DNA of 64,000 nucleotides from Glaucostegus cemiculus (Eukaryota), in NCBI GenBank assembly GCA_976551045.1, contig CDPCPM010000050.1, positions 10,664,001-10,728,000 of the forward strand, written 5' to 3'. Made by a program: the position numbers and the translations under genes. Numbering within the stretch: position 1 is the first letter of the stretch; the number at the start of each line of letters is the position of its first letter. Below the pieces are notes generated by a model. That model was given only the letters and a program-made list of their open reading frames with translations. It had not been told where the DNA came from and did no database searches. Positions 37,901 through 50,848 of this stretch are shown here, one piece after another.

Positions 37901-40900
37901 CGGAGGGATAATCTTGGTGTGTTATCATTTTAAAGCTGATTGTTGAGATTTTAGTTGCAACGATGGAAACATACTACAAAGTGTAATGGCTGACGGGAGA
38001 TTGCATGTGCACAAGGATCCCGATAGGAACTGCTTCCCAGGGACATGCTTGTGTTTCCTGTTGCAACTATCTATGCTGTAGATGCCTTCTCGTACTTAGC
38101 ATATGACTTATTACAATAAAAGCATCACTTGTCCATCCTCGGTGGCAATTCTTGCACCAACACCACCCAGCAGCCTCTCGCAAAGCGATTCTCTAAACTC
38201 TGTGTAGTGGCTCTGAACAAGGCGATTTGTTTGCTTAACTTGAGGAGTAGACAGCTTCGTGTTACACAGCCATACGCATCAGTCATATTGCCAAAGCATG
38301 ACATACACAGAGGGACCCTGCGTGGCAGTGAAGAAGGTAGGAAAGAAGGAAGGTATTGCATGTCTAGGAAACTCCAACAGTTGCTGTTGTCGGCTACAAC
38401 TCATTCGATATGCGAATTTGTGACCTCTGTTTCACATCCCGAGCGTGGACGATCAAACAAGCCTGATGTGACCCGAGTCCACGTTTTCCCTTCTGTTCCA
38501 GTGTTACCCTTACTCTTGAACTCAAGAGTGCTTCGGGCAGTTGGGTTCATATGAACAGACCGATGCTCTTGACGCACGGCAGCCAACTCTCTACAGTACT
38601 GTTTTTAGTCTGCGTACGTCCTCCTTAGAAGTTAAAGGATGATAGATTTTGCACGATAGAAGCAAGGTTGTCAAAGCAAATTCGAAAAAAAAACTGCACG
38701 TGTCTACGATAGTTAACAGAAAGGGCATTCACAACAAATTACATATCAAAGTCGCAACCAAAAGCGAGTGCGATCTCTAAATTGTGCAAAATTGATTTTG
38801 AGCGTATTGGTACTCTAATATACGCGCCCGTTAAACCATGCGGTGTTGTAGCTGAGTGAATGGCAAACGTCATTGAAGAGTTGACTCCGTAAATAAACTG
38901 GATAGAAGGCAATGAATCAATGTAATCAGGGCATCTCATTTCACGAGGGTAGACGGGGGAGGGAGCGCCTTTCTATTTTCCATTCCCATCCACGATATTT
39001 GGAGGACAAGTATTACAAGTCTAACAAGTAGAACCCTTATTTTATATGACACAGCCAATTGTTAGAGAAACAAATCATAAAATCGCGACTCGGAGATCAA
39101 TTTGCAGGAGCGCTTATAAACCTTTCCTAAGCGAGTTTGCTAGACTGGCAACGCAATCGACAACTGGTCAAGATATCGGTGATGTAACGTGATCCTGTCT
39201 TGCATTGGTCACCCTCCAAATACTTGCATGAAAAGACAGCGAATACTAAAGTCAAATCCCTAAGTGCAAAATCCACCGCAAGCACGTTTCCATCTTTCAA
39301 CCCTGCTTAATGCAATAATAATTTCTAATTCGTCCGTTCTTGAATTACAGCAACGATGGCATCTAATAACTTAAACAAAAATTGTGGCGTTATGAAGTTT
39401 AACCAACCTGGGGCAAATATGCAACTTCTTAATAAAATTCAGCTCAATGAATGCTATTTTATATTAGGAGTGAGGAATATATGGCCGCAACCGCTCTGCG
39501 AATGTGACGTTTCTGTGGCCCAAGACCAGTGACACAGAAATCTATGGAGGGATCGCACAACTTGGACACTGGAGCCGGTTTGCCAGTTAATAATTGATTG
39601 GACAGTATATTAGTTCGGAGCCAGGAACTGCTGCATGTAGACATCTTCACTGCGTTGAAACTGGTCAAGCCTCTTTCTTCCCCTGTGTCTCTGTTTATCC
39701 CTCTGTCTGACACCCTGTCTCTCTGTCTGCCCCTCTCTCTTTCTCTCTCTGTCTTATAAGAGGGAGGGGGGGGGGAAGGGACGACGGCGGGAGGGCCCCA
39801 AAGGTCAGCCAAATTATGTTTTCTCCGCTGAGACCATTAAATCTGTGTATGGTTTAATAATGATTTGAATGGTTAGCAGACCCCTTAAGTGGCAGTTCGA
39901 ACATCCGATTACTTGAACGAAGTGCATTAAAATATCACAGATTTGCATGCAAAAACTGGGTCGCTCTGAGGGTGTTTTTATAATTGTGGTGTTTTACCTA
40001 TATTTGGTATCCTTGTGCGCAAGGTTCAATTTTTTTCATGAATCCCTTAAAAGCTTGGCATGATAACTTTATTTCTCTCTCCAAATTAACTACACGTTAA
40101 GAATGAAGTACTTTTTTCTTCAGTTCGGTAGAGAGGTCATGAAATCTATAAGTTCATCCAGTTTGAATGTGTAATATATCCGTTAGGAGCCATCGTTTTC
40201 TTTTTTTTTCAGCAACTTGTTACTGAGAGAGATTCCTGGCTGCTGCCGTGAATACAAGAAATTGGGCCTGAAATTGAAAAAATGTTAATGTAAACATGGC
40301 GAGTAAGGCGATAGCAAAATGTCTCAAAACCCAACTGTGAATTACAGTGCAGGTCACTGCCAACGACTGCAGTGCGGGGGCACCGAGCTCCAAAGCCAAC
40401 TGCCGCCTCTGTGCCAACGCTGTGCCTTTTATTACAGTTCAAAGTCTGATGTGAAGTGTGGGATCCGAATGGCAATTCTGGTAAGTTTCAGTTGGAAGCA
40501 ATGTTTATGGGGAGTTCACTCAAAACAAATCCCCGAGTTGTCCCCTGGTATTCCTGGAACACCTTCATGTAGCCTCTAAATTCTGGTCGACCCACGTGGG
40601 TCGAAGGGGCGTGTCTCCACACAGAGATAACCTGAAATGAATCTAATATGGATTTATTCGCAGCCAAAATCCACATCAAATCAAATTTGATGATTTTCCT
40701 TTCGGCTGGACAGTTGCTAGCCCACGTAGTCTCACATTCAGCAAAGCCCTCCAGAGTCTCTGGTTTCTTTTTTTCCACTTCAGTTCTGTCATTCAGTCGC
40801 ATTCCCCAATGTATTTTTTTTACTCGCGAAAGGGTTTAGTTCCTGTTCTAATTTTCCTAGATTAACTTGCATCCGACACGGATCGTGAGGTTTATCGTTG

Positions 40901-43640
40901 TCACCTGTATAGTTGAAAAGTTATGTGAGCGCCTCTCGTGGACTCTTCCTAAGCTCCGTTCAGCCTGCACACTGAGCCGGTAACTTTGAACGGCGAGTAC
41001 AAGACAATGGTCATTATACTTACATTGTTAACTAGTTCCAAAACTGGAAACCCTAAATACAAGAAACATCATTTATTGATCAAAATATGAGTTTTCTCAC
41101 ATGCTTTCCCACAGATTTTGGTGGATGTCTACAGCTTTTTAGTGAAAACTGGATGACGTCTGTATGTTCGCAGCAAAAAGCCACGAGACAGACGTGTAAC
41201 GATGTAATAATACCAACATTTTGAAAATGCTTGCTCCCCCCCCCCACTCAACGTAAAACTTCAAAAGCTTGTTACAACAATGTCCACTCTCAATAACTTG
41301 TAGGATTTATTCATTTTTTGTGCTTCTCTACACATTTGAGTTATTTATGAACAAAATTAAAATTGTGGTCCTATGGTTTGGTTTTCAATAAGGGATTGAA
41401 ATCATTGTGCTAGTTAATAAGTTTTTGATTAAACGACGGAATTTTAATTTATTCTGTTGGAATCGCCTTATCATGTTCCAAACTGGCGACGGTCGTGTCC
41501 TTGCTGATCCCTCCCACCTATGAGCCAAAACAAGAGTCACTTTATCTAGTGGGACAGTGTGAAGCGTGTGTTCACATGGATGTTGTGCTTCTCTTATCTT
41601 CGCGAGAAGTGTCTCTCTTCAGCTCCCTGCAGTGGAGGAGGGGGAAGGTGTGGAGTTGGTGGGGAGTGGGGGGGGGGGGTTAGGGAGAGCCAGGTGTGGG
41701 GGTGCGTTGACAGGAGTCTGGAGGGGCAGGGTCAACTGGGATAACGCAGCAGCTAAAAATGGTGTCTTTGCAAAACAGAATATGTGGAGTTGTCTACTTC
41801 AGAAATAATGATCGCCAGCGTTTAAAATAAGGAGTAGTCCTAAATACCTATGGTGCTGAATAAAGAAACGCCTTGCTTTTTTTGTATGCAAACACCCTTA
41901 ACGTCCTCAAATTCCTCAAATTACTTAACAGAAAACTATAGTACACATTTAAGGCGAATAAAGATCGTGTCTTAATGTTATTTGAGGCGTCCAACAATTG
42001 AGCAAAATGCATCATTTGATGTTAAAATATAACAATTGCCTTTGCACTTCTTCAATTTATTAATGTATCGAGCTGCAAGAGGATTTGGGTAATGCGCACG
42101 ATATTAGTTACTGTGGTTAAAAAATTGCTTCAAATTAAAAATCCTTAAGATTTACAATACAGAAGTGCAAAAGTGCACATTCCTTTGGGACTTAGCTTTG
42201 CAATTTCAACAAGGACCAAAACCAGGTCTATATTCCTAATGGGGAAGAAATATTTCTAAATTACTTAGCAGAAAATTCATCAATCGTTTCTGATAGCTAC
42301 GCACACTCTAAATACAGAAAGAAAACTCATATTTAAAGCATATTAACGAACTGAGAGGACCGGCAGCCGAAGCAGCCTTAGGCGGACTGAGCAACTTTTG
42401 CATGGTTGTTGAATACATTTGCATACTTATATATGATAATAATTTAGCCGAAAAACGATAGCTGAAGGTTATTCTAGTCACAGGTGTAATCTTCCTTGTA
42501 AAGACCTTAATGTAACTGCAACAAAGAATTGTTTAGCAAATAGGACATGTAATTGTGTTTTTTAAAAAAAATGGAATATGCAAAATGCTGCACTAGCAAA
42601 TAATAGATTGAAACAGCTGGTCAGTTACATAATTCGTGCTATCAAGGAATAAAGTGGCAGATTAGTAACAGACTGCATATTTTTGATGAAGCTGTGAATG
42701 TGACATTTTCCTCTGTGCGTGTGCGCGCATGTGTATGTTGGATATAGATCTTGATTGCGAGAGTGGAGCAATTAAATCCATTATTTCTAGAGGAAGGGTT
42801 TACCGGAGTGCAACTGCAGTATTTCCCTTTAGAGTCCCTTTTAATGCCATTTATTTATGTTTTTTTTTTAAATTAGGAAGTTAAAAGTGAATGCTTAGAA
42901 GTTAAAATGGCGCTGAAGTGTCAATTAATTATCGCTGCAGCTGCCCTGTAAGTCGAAATTTTTCACTTTTTGAAACCAAAGCAACAACTGAGCAGGTTTC
43001 TTTGGATCGGTTAGCAACGGTGGGAAATTAGTTATGGATTGTTTCTAATTTTTAAGGAATCTGTTATCATTTACGTTTATAACACTTTGCTTAAAATTCC
43101 ACAAGTTTGAAAGCTGGGCTGTTTTTCCCAAGATTTGTAAACATTGCATTTTTCTGCCTTTTTATGTGGCTTTGGGTAACAACCTAAAACAAGATATAAG
43201 TTCTCCCATGAATATCTTGCCTGGTCTAATACATCCAATCTTGGCAGTATAGTATTCTCTCTTATTTATCTCAGGCGTCCATGGTTGCTGGATTAGAAGC
43301 ACATTCTACTGTCAAGGTGAAATCGATAATTATTCTCTCAATATGTATTATACTGAAAACACTATTTTCTCCTTTGTATCAAAGTTAATATTTCACCCAA
43401 AAGCCAAATAATAGCTCGACGCCGATTGTTTTTTTTCTATTGGAGAGACGCAAATTAGAAATAAATCCGTCGAAATTCTTGATCAAGACGTCTATTAATT
43501 ATGGATAACAACGACTATCCTCTGGCGGTTCAACTGATTTTTTTTAACCACACTTCTTATGGGCACGTTTATCACAAAAAAATATATCTGCCTGGTTAGT
43601 TTGCTTGTAGCAGTAGCCTTTTTTCCCCTCTTGCTCTCTT

Positions 43641-43662
43641 ACACACACAGGCACACACACAC

Positions 43663-43699
<37 letters not shown>
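43641..43699. repeat. Compound (CA)n(GA)n microsatellite
   Basis: Read directly from the sequence. Confidence 0.95.
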
Positions 43700-43702
<3 letters not shown>

Positions 43703-46700
43703 TGGAGATAGAGTGAAAGACTTGCAGACTATTCAAGAGGTGAGATTTACAATTGCCACCTCCGATTACAATGCTGTATTAGTTTCCATGTTCACGACTA
43801 TAAGGGCATACTTTCTAAAGATACAATTTCTATAAGTTGAATTTCTCACTGGCAAATAAATATATGTTGTAAGAAATACTGAGCCCATTCACACGAACTA
43901 TTTAAAATGCGCATTTGTTTTTGCTGAGCTTAAAAACTGATGATTTTCATTTACTGGTTCACCGTCAGCCAATAGATTGCTGATTGTTCTGTTAAAAGAG
44001 CAGCCCTAAATTTAATAATAAAATAATGAAATCGTTTGAGTATAAATATAAATTTGTGATGAATAAACAGGTGGATCTGCAAGTCACATTACAAGAAAAG
44101 TAAAATTGCCTTTCCAGTCATTGCAGGAAAGAAATGTTTATCGCCGCAAAACTCCAAAGCAAACAGCTTTCATCAGTGGGAGCGTTGAGCAATTAGTTTG
44201 GTCAGAGTGTGAAAGGTTGAAGGAAATATTTGGAACCGAGTTTCGGGGATTATGTTTTTTTTTCAAACGATCGGTTCCGATATTTATGAGGTTACCGCAT
44301 TTATTGAAAAATAACCATTTAGTCAATTTTTGTGGAAAAGCAAACTGTCTTCGAATTTGAGTGCCTTGGTAAATATTTGAAGGGAATGTTTCAAAAGGTG
44401 TAAAGCAGTTAGGTAAACACAAGGCGTTTTATGGGATTATGGCTACACTGGCTGGTCTAAAGAATGTTTGGCGAAGACTTATGGTGTAATGTCGGATGGT
44501 GTTTTCTTGAAATTCTTAAATGACGGTGACAGTGGCATATTAGTTTCTCTCGCCCCTCGTGCGCTCACTGATCCGGAACGGTTTGATCTCGCCTAATGGA
44601 ATCATTAGGCTACCTGTGTGTGGATACGGTGGCTAAGTGGCCTGGCTCCACTTTGACCAATATGATGAATGTTTTCAGCAGCCTTACGGGATGGTAATAG
44701 CCCTTGCGAAATAGGAATGTATTCACCGCGCACAACAGATGCGACCCTTTGGATTTGCAGTTGAACAGGATTCCTTTGGCGTCTGGTTAATATCTGTCAC
44801 TGAACTGTCCAATGGGTTGAGGTTTGGGTAATTGTGGACGGCTTACTTGTTTGGGGGTAGCTTTAACATAGATCACTATAGATGCTGTGGAGGCAAACTC
44901 CCTCTTACTGGTAACAATTGTTTAGCTACATCCCTTCAGTAGGCCCAATCTATGGCAAAAAAACACAATTATAATACGTATTTAAATATAAATATTTGAC
45001 TTTCTTTCGTTGCTGTAGTTTCTGGTGATAAAACGATACGTGTGTCATTAGGCTGTTTTGATCATCTCGTCCATTTAAACTTACAAAGTAAGGCTGATGA
45101 GTCCCAGACAGACTGGCACCAGTGGTCATCTCTGTAGGCAATAGTTCTGTCAATTTAAGCCATAGGACAGGTGTAAATCTCGCTGACATTCCACATTTCC
45201 ACCCTATGTCCTTACCTGAAGCTAATCTCATTTATTACTGGTAGCAAAACGACTACATTTTTAACACGTTGATCACGTGAAACACCCCGTATCGTGATAA
45301 TGAAGCCGGTGCCCATATATTAAAGTTGCTGAATGCTGCCCGTCTATACCTACAATTGCGCAACAGGTCACCGCTTTTAACCTGGAATGACATGTTAATG
45401 ACCAATAGTAAAACTCATTGTATTCCTCCTTACAAATATAACGTTGGTTACATTGTTGCTGTTTTTTTATATATAGGCCCCAAATTGATCACGGATAAAG
45501 GAGAAACTACATTTCGGGCACTGCATTGGCATTCCAGATGGCAAGTGTTAACTCTCTTTGTTAGGAGTTTATACACTCATTAAGGTCTAACATCCAATAG
45601 GTCAATGATTTCCATCTTTTTTTTATCTGGACACCATTTTCCAAATAAAAGGCATTAATGTGTTCAGTGACTTCTGTTGCATTTTATTTGGCTATTTACA
45701 CGTTTGTGCTCCCAGTTGACTACAGAGGTTGAATTCAAAAAGCGGCTTCAAACATCATAACTTTCCAAGAGAAATAATGTTTTAATTTTAATTTGTCTTC
45801 TTTTTTAACATTTGAGATAGCCCAATATTAGGGCACAGTTGGGTACAGAAAGTAACTATCATAATAATGTCCCGAGGCAGAGCTATTTTAATGCTCTTTC
45901 GTCAAGGACAGCGTTTACTTATAAAAGCTTGTGTGCCTGTAATATTTATCATTCTCATTATTACAGATTCTCTATTAGTTGGCTATTGTTGTTATCTTAT
46001 GCGTCGACTGGATTTTAAAGTAATCAGATATTTTATACATAAAATCCCTGTTGGCTATTAGTTGCATTTACTAACTTCTGGATCTGATACTTATTAGTTT
46101 AAACGGTGTCGGTCATGCTTCTAAGACTGGTGTCCGTTTGTGTGCCCGGATATTTCCCTCTGTTCCCCTCTTCCCACTCTATCCCGATTCACCCTATACC
46201 CCACCCTCCCCCCAGTGACCGCTGTACTTTAACACGCCACCCTCCCCAGACATACTCCCACCCATCTCCTCGCCACAAATGCACCGGTGGAATTGGCCCG
46301 CCCACGTGCATTTATCTGAAACTTCTCACATCATAACCATACATTGTTTGTGATAACATAAAGTAAGCCACATTGCCTCAGAGCTTCGCCAGTGTTGTAT
46401 TACAAACAAGAGTCTAATTACAACTCCGACAGAAACACTGCACATCTTTAGGAGCACAAGGTCCCTAACTAAGCTACGAGCCCACTGCATAAAATCGTTG
46501 AAAATATCTTTTAAAGCACCAGACATTGGTAGTTGGCTAAATAAAAAGAGAGGTTAAGGGGAATACTACATTCTTACGGCACTTTAACTAAAATAACACT
46601 TTATTTTAATAAGGTTACTTTGCACTGAAAGAATACTAGAATCACGAGTGCAAGCGCTGAGTGCCGATGTTGATTATGAATCGTTCTCAAAGATGTGCTC

Positions 46701-49700
46701 AGACATGAGATAATGAGGGCCGTGATCGCCCAGATCCCTTTACCTTTTCCCAGGATTGAAGCTGTCGCCAGCGTACAAAACGACAGTGTAACAGTGCACC
46801 ACGCTACTCACATCCAATTTGTTCTGTACAAAAGCTGATCTCTAAATCCGCACTAACAAAGCGGTACTCGGAGACAAATCATATAATGTTCAATTTTATT
46901 CATTTTCTACTAATTAACTGGAATCCCACCTTCCCTCATATAGTCTCCAATTAATTTGCAATGTATGTCAGAGGTCGTTAGACTTCCAGTAAACCTTTGT
47001 TAAGATTTTGTCTTTCTCTCTATATTGATCTTATTAAGGCATTTCTTCTTCGCGCAAAAGGCCGTAAAGAGTTTTTTTTTTACTGCCTTGGTCTTTAACT
47101 TGAAGCGTTGATAATAGGATTCGTGTCTGGGCTCAAAGTTTAAAGCAATTTCTTGGTTGTTTGCTGGGTAGGTCAAAATACAACGCTGCAGAGTAATTTG
47201 CCATTTGGATAATATCCGGTACAGGCAAACAATTTTCATTTGAAGTAAATCTAATTAACACGAAGATAATTTAGATATGATCATACAAGTATAAAGTAGA
47301 ACTAATGTAACATGTGCCTTGTGAACCACAATGCTAATGCATTTAATTAGCATAAATGTACAGTCATACACGCTTTTTAAGTCAGCTTCGTCTTGCATAT
47401 CCTATATTCATTCTTCTAATTAACAAGAGGCCGGTAGCTAATCTGCCTGCACTGTATCTAGGAGGATGAAACTACAGAATTTGCTTCAAAAGGTAATTTC
47501 AACTGCATACGGTGAGGTTACAGTGATAGAAATACAAAACCGGGTAAAATGAGAAAATATGTTTTTTTTTACCCTTTTACCAATCAAGCCTGTATAAGGT
47601 TATAAAATGCATTTTCCAGACTACACTGACTTCACATTGGAAGCGTACGACCTTTGAATTGATTGAAGCTAACCTGATGAAAATGACATTAAGGAGGCAA
47701 TTCCATCAGTTTTCCGTGTTATGCTTCAGAACAGGTCTACCAAAAAAAAACCCAAAGCACGCCAGGAGTAAAGATATGCAGTGTATCAGTCAGTGGGCAC
47801 AGCCTGACTTCACTAATAGCCGTATTTAAGACCTCACTTTGAAACTGTTGCTGGGCAGAAATCCAGACTATGAAAACCATAGAAGGTTTAATTATAATGT
47901 TATAATTTGAGGTGTTGAGGCCGGCAGCCTTTACTTTAAACATTTCAATTGAAACGGTTAAAAAAATATAATTAATCAGTTTGATTGACACTCATATATC
48001 ATCGGTGCAACTAAATAGCTCCATGGAAATTATTGTCACACAGGCGAAAGGCGAACCTACAACAGAGAAAGTGAACTTCGGGTGAACTTTTTTGTATAAA
48101 ATAAGCTCTTGCATTAAGCTGAAAAATGTTCGTCGAGAATGCCTGACACGAATAATGCACAGGACAGTAGCTAGATGAGAGGGCTAATTTATGTTTTCTA
48201 ATTTGATTGACAATTGGACAAAACGAAACTAAAATATAGTATTCCAAAGACATTAAAATTCATTTTGTTGTTCGGTCTTTTGCTGATTGGGAATATATTT
48301 TTTCAGAGAAATAGCACGTATGGTTGTTTAAGTAACACTGAAGTAAATCTACCTCTCGTCTGTCAAATCCGAGGTTGAAACAACAGGAAACCTAAAGACA
48401 GCGCCATCAAGCGATAGAAGCTGTTATTTCTCAGGGGAGCAATTTGGCCTACGGTGGCTAGAAAGGTACCACAGGACGTTTTAACGCTGTTATTTGCAGC
48501 AGGAGACTTAAAGCATTTCCCCACCCCCACCCCAACCCACCCCCTCCCTCAATTATCCAAGTATGTTTACTATTTTTACCCATCATTTGCACATGAAAAA
48601 CTATCCACATTATTTAAAATAACAGAATAAGTAGAAATGTTTGAAATACGACATTTTAGGACTTCTCGGTTAATGTTTGCAACCCTTTCAACCCAAAAAA
48701 AATATTTCTTAACCTTTCCCTAATAGAACGATGGCTTGTTTTTGTTCTCTCTGGCTACATCTATTTTGATCGTGCAAACTTCACTCGAGGTGCTTTTCAG
48801 CAAAATACCTCGACCTGGTACACTTAAGCTATATATGTCACACATCTGAACGACCTATATTTACACCTGCGGAGCGATGATGGACCTAAGTGCATTGCAA
48901 TTATGTGAATTGTAAATCTTTTCCGTATGTTTAAAAAACACGAGGATCATCTGTGTTTAATAAATTCTAACAACACGCCCTGCTGCAAACAATGCAGCAC
49001 GCACTGATCTGCTTGTTTTAGACAAATCTGCGCAAAGAAAGACATTGATGGTCAGTGTTGTAAAGGGAAGCAAAGCGAGAATCATCATATATTCCAAATC
49101 TGTTTTGTGGTGTGAATTTTGGAAGTGACAATCCCGTATAGGCCTCATTAAGTATGACCAATTCTTCCTGGTTTCACAAAGTTTTCTATCTTTGATAGCG
49201 GTAAGATCAGTCGCAATTTCATCAGCCTTCTCGCCCCTCCCCCCTTTCCCCCAATGCATTCTACATTCATTATAATGCATTAATACAGATGTTTCAATGG
49301 GTCACTTTTAAAGTTAGCACCGCTTTTAAATGGTGTTAATATATTCAGCACGCGAGCTAATTTGTTCTGGGAATTAGTAGCTAATGGTCACTAAAAGTAT
49401 ATAAACGTTTCTTTCACCTGCTTATATGAAGCGCCCTATTGCTTGCTTTTGCTTTGTGAGCGCAAGATTGTTCTTTACCTAGATGTTCGTATACATCACA
49501 TTCGCCTATTTACTTACATATTTTCAATAGTACGCCAATTACCACCTTATTTATGATCTGCCTTTCCTATGATTCGAGGCTGCATCGCGTGCATTGCATG
49601 GACTCAAGTCATGTTAATGGTGTATTTCATTTCAATCTGTGGTAACTAACAAACAGTATTTAAGGCAGTAACTGATAATGTTATGATGCACTGTACTCAG

Positions 49701-50801
49701 GCTCGATGCAAGAGCCGCAATATATTTCGAACGTCAGTACTTACGACATGAATAGAGGTACGTCGTGTCAAAAGGTAAACAATCAGAAATAAATTGTACT
49801 GGTTTGGCTGCTTACTGATTTTCTTAGATTTTTAAAAAATCTTCACTATCATCTGTTCGTATTGGGGAAGTCGGTGAGCGGAGGCTTACTGTTGCTCGCT
49901 GAAATAGTCCAAAACTAATCACAATTTCTATCAGGCACATAGAAAAATTATATCAAACAGCCAGGTATCACCTCTGGTCACAGCCGATTCAAACATATTA
50001 ATCCCTCTGTGCAAGATAGTTTAACTTATTTCAGAATTGGATCAGATATTACCAAACATTTAATTATTTATTAAACTAGATATATTGAGTGTTGAACAAC
50101 AATATGTGGATTTCTGAAAATGAATGTCATTTCCCTACGTATTATTACTTAAAGGCACCATAATTCCCTAACAAAATTCACGTTTAAATACACAATTTAA
50201 AAAAGGAATTATCAAAATATTCACATTGGAAAAATCGCTGGTCTACTTGCCCATTCAAATGTGCTTAGGCAAGAAAACAAAGACTGGGTAACATTTATCC
50301 AAACAAATACAACACTGCCAGTGATATTAGATACAATTCAATTATGTGGTCTTTTCTTTTCAAATGATTGCAGACAAGAGCAAGTCTATATTTATTCCAT
50401 CTCACTTCAATAAACTGTTCTGAAACATGTTCTGAAGTAAACATTTATTTTCACCTTCAAATCAAGTTTTTGATATGATCTGTATATTTTTAGCTTGACT
50501 ATATCATAAAAGCAAGAATTACTATTAATTGATAGCATGCAGAGGAATGGGGGGGGATGTGCCAGGCATTCTTTTCTCAAAACAGAACTTATTTTATGCT
50601 TTTTTTAAGTTTGTTGTTTTTGTCATTGATTAATCAGAGTTTAATTCCACCTCAGTTACACCAGTGGACATTGTATCAATTACAACAATGCCAAATGATG
50701 TCATACTGGTGGCAGTAGTTTATTCTCTCATGTACTTACACTTGATAGAGCACAGGACGGACCAACCCATATAAAAACTTTGCAAATAAATACAGAAACT
50801 T

Positions 50802-50803
50802 AG

Positions 50804-50842
<39 letters not shown>
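50802..50842. repeat. (GA)n microsatellite
   Basis: Read directly from the sequence. Confidence 0.95.

Positions 50843-50848
<6 letters not shown>

Noticed and set aside
37982-38162. Possible solo LTR (TG...AATAAA...CA)
   Set aside because: No matching 4-6 bp TSD and no second copy in the window.
45093-45140. CTGATGAGTCCC, resembling a hammerhead 5' core
   Set aside because: No complementary stem II or GAAA follows.
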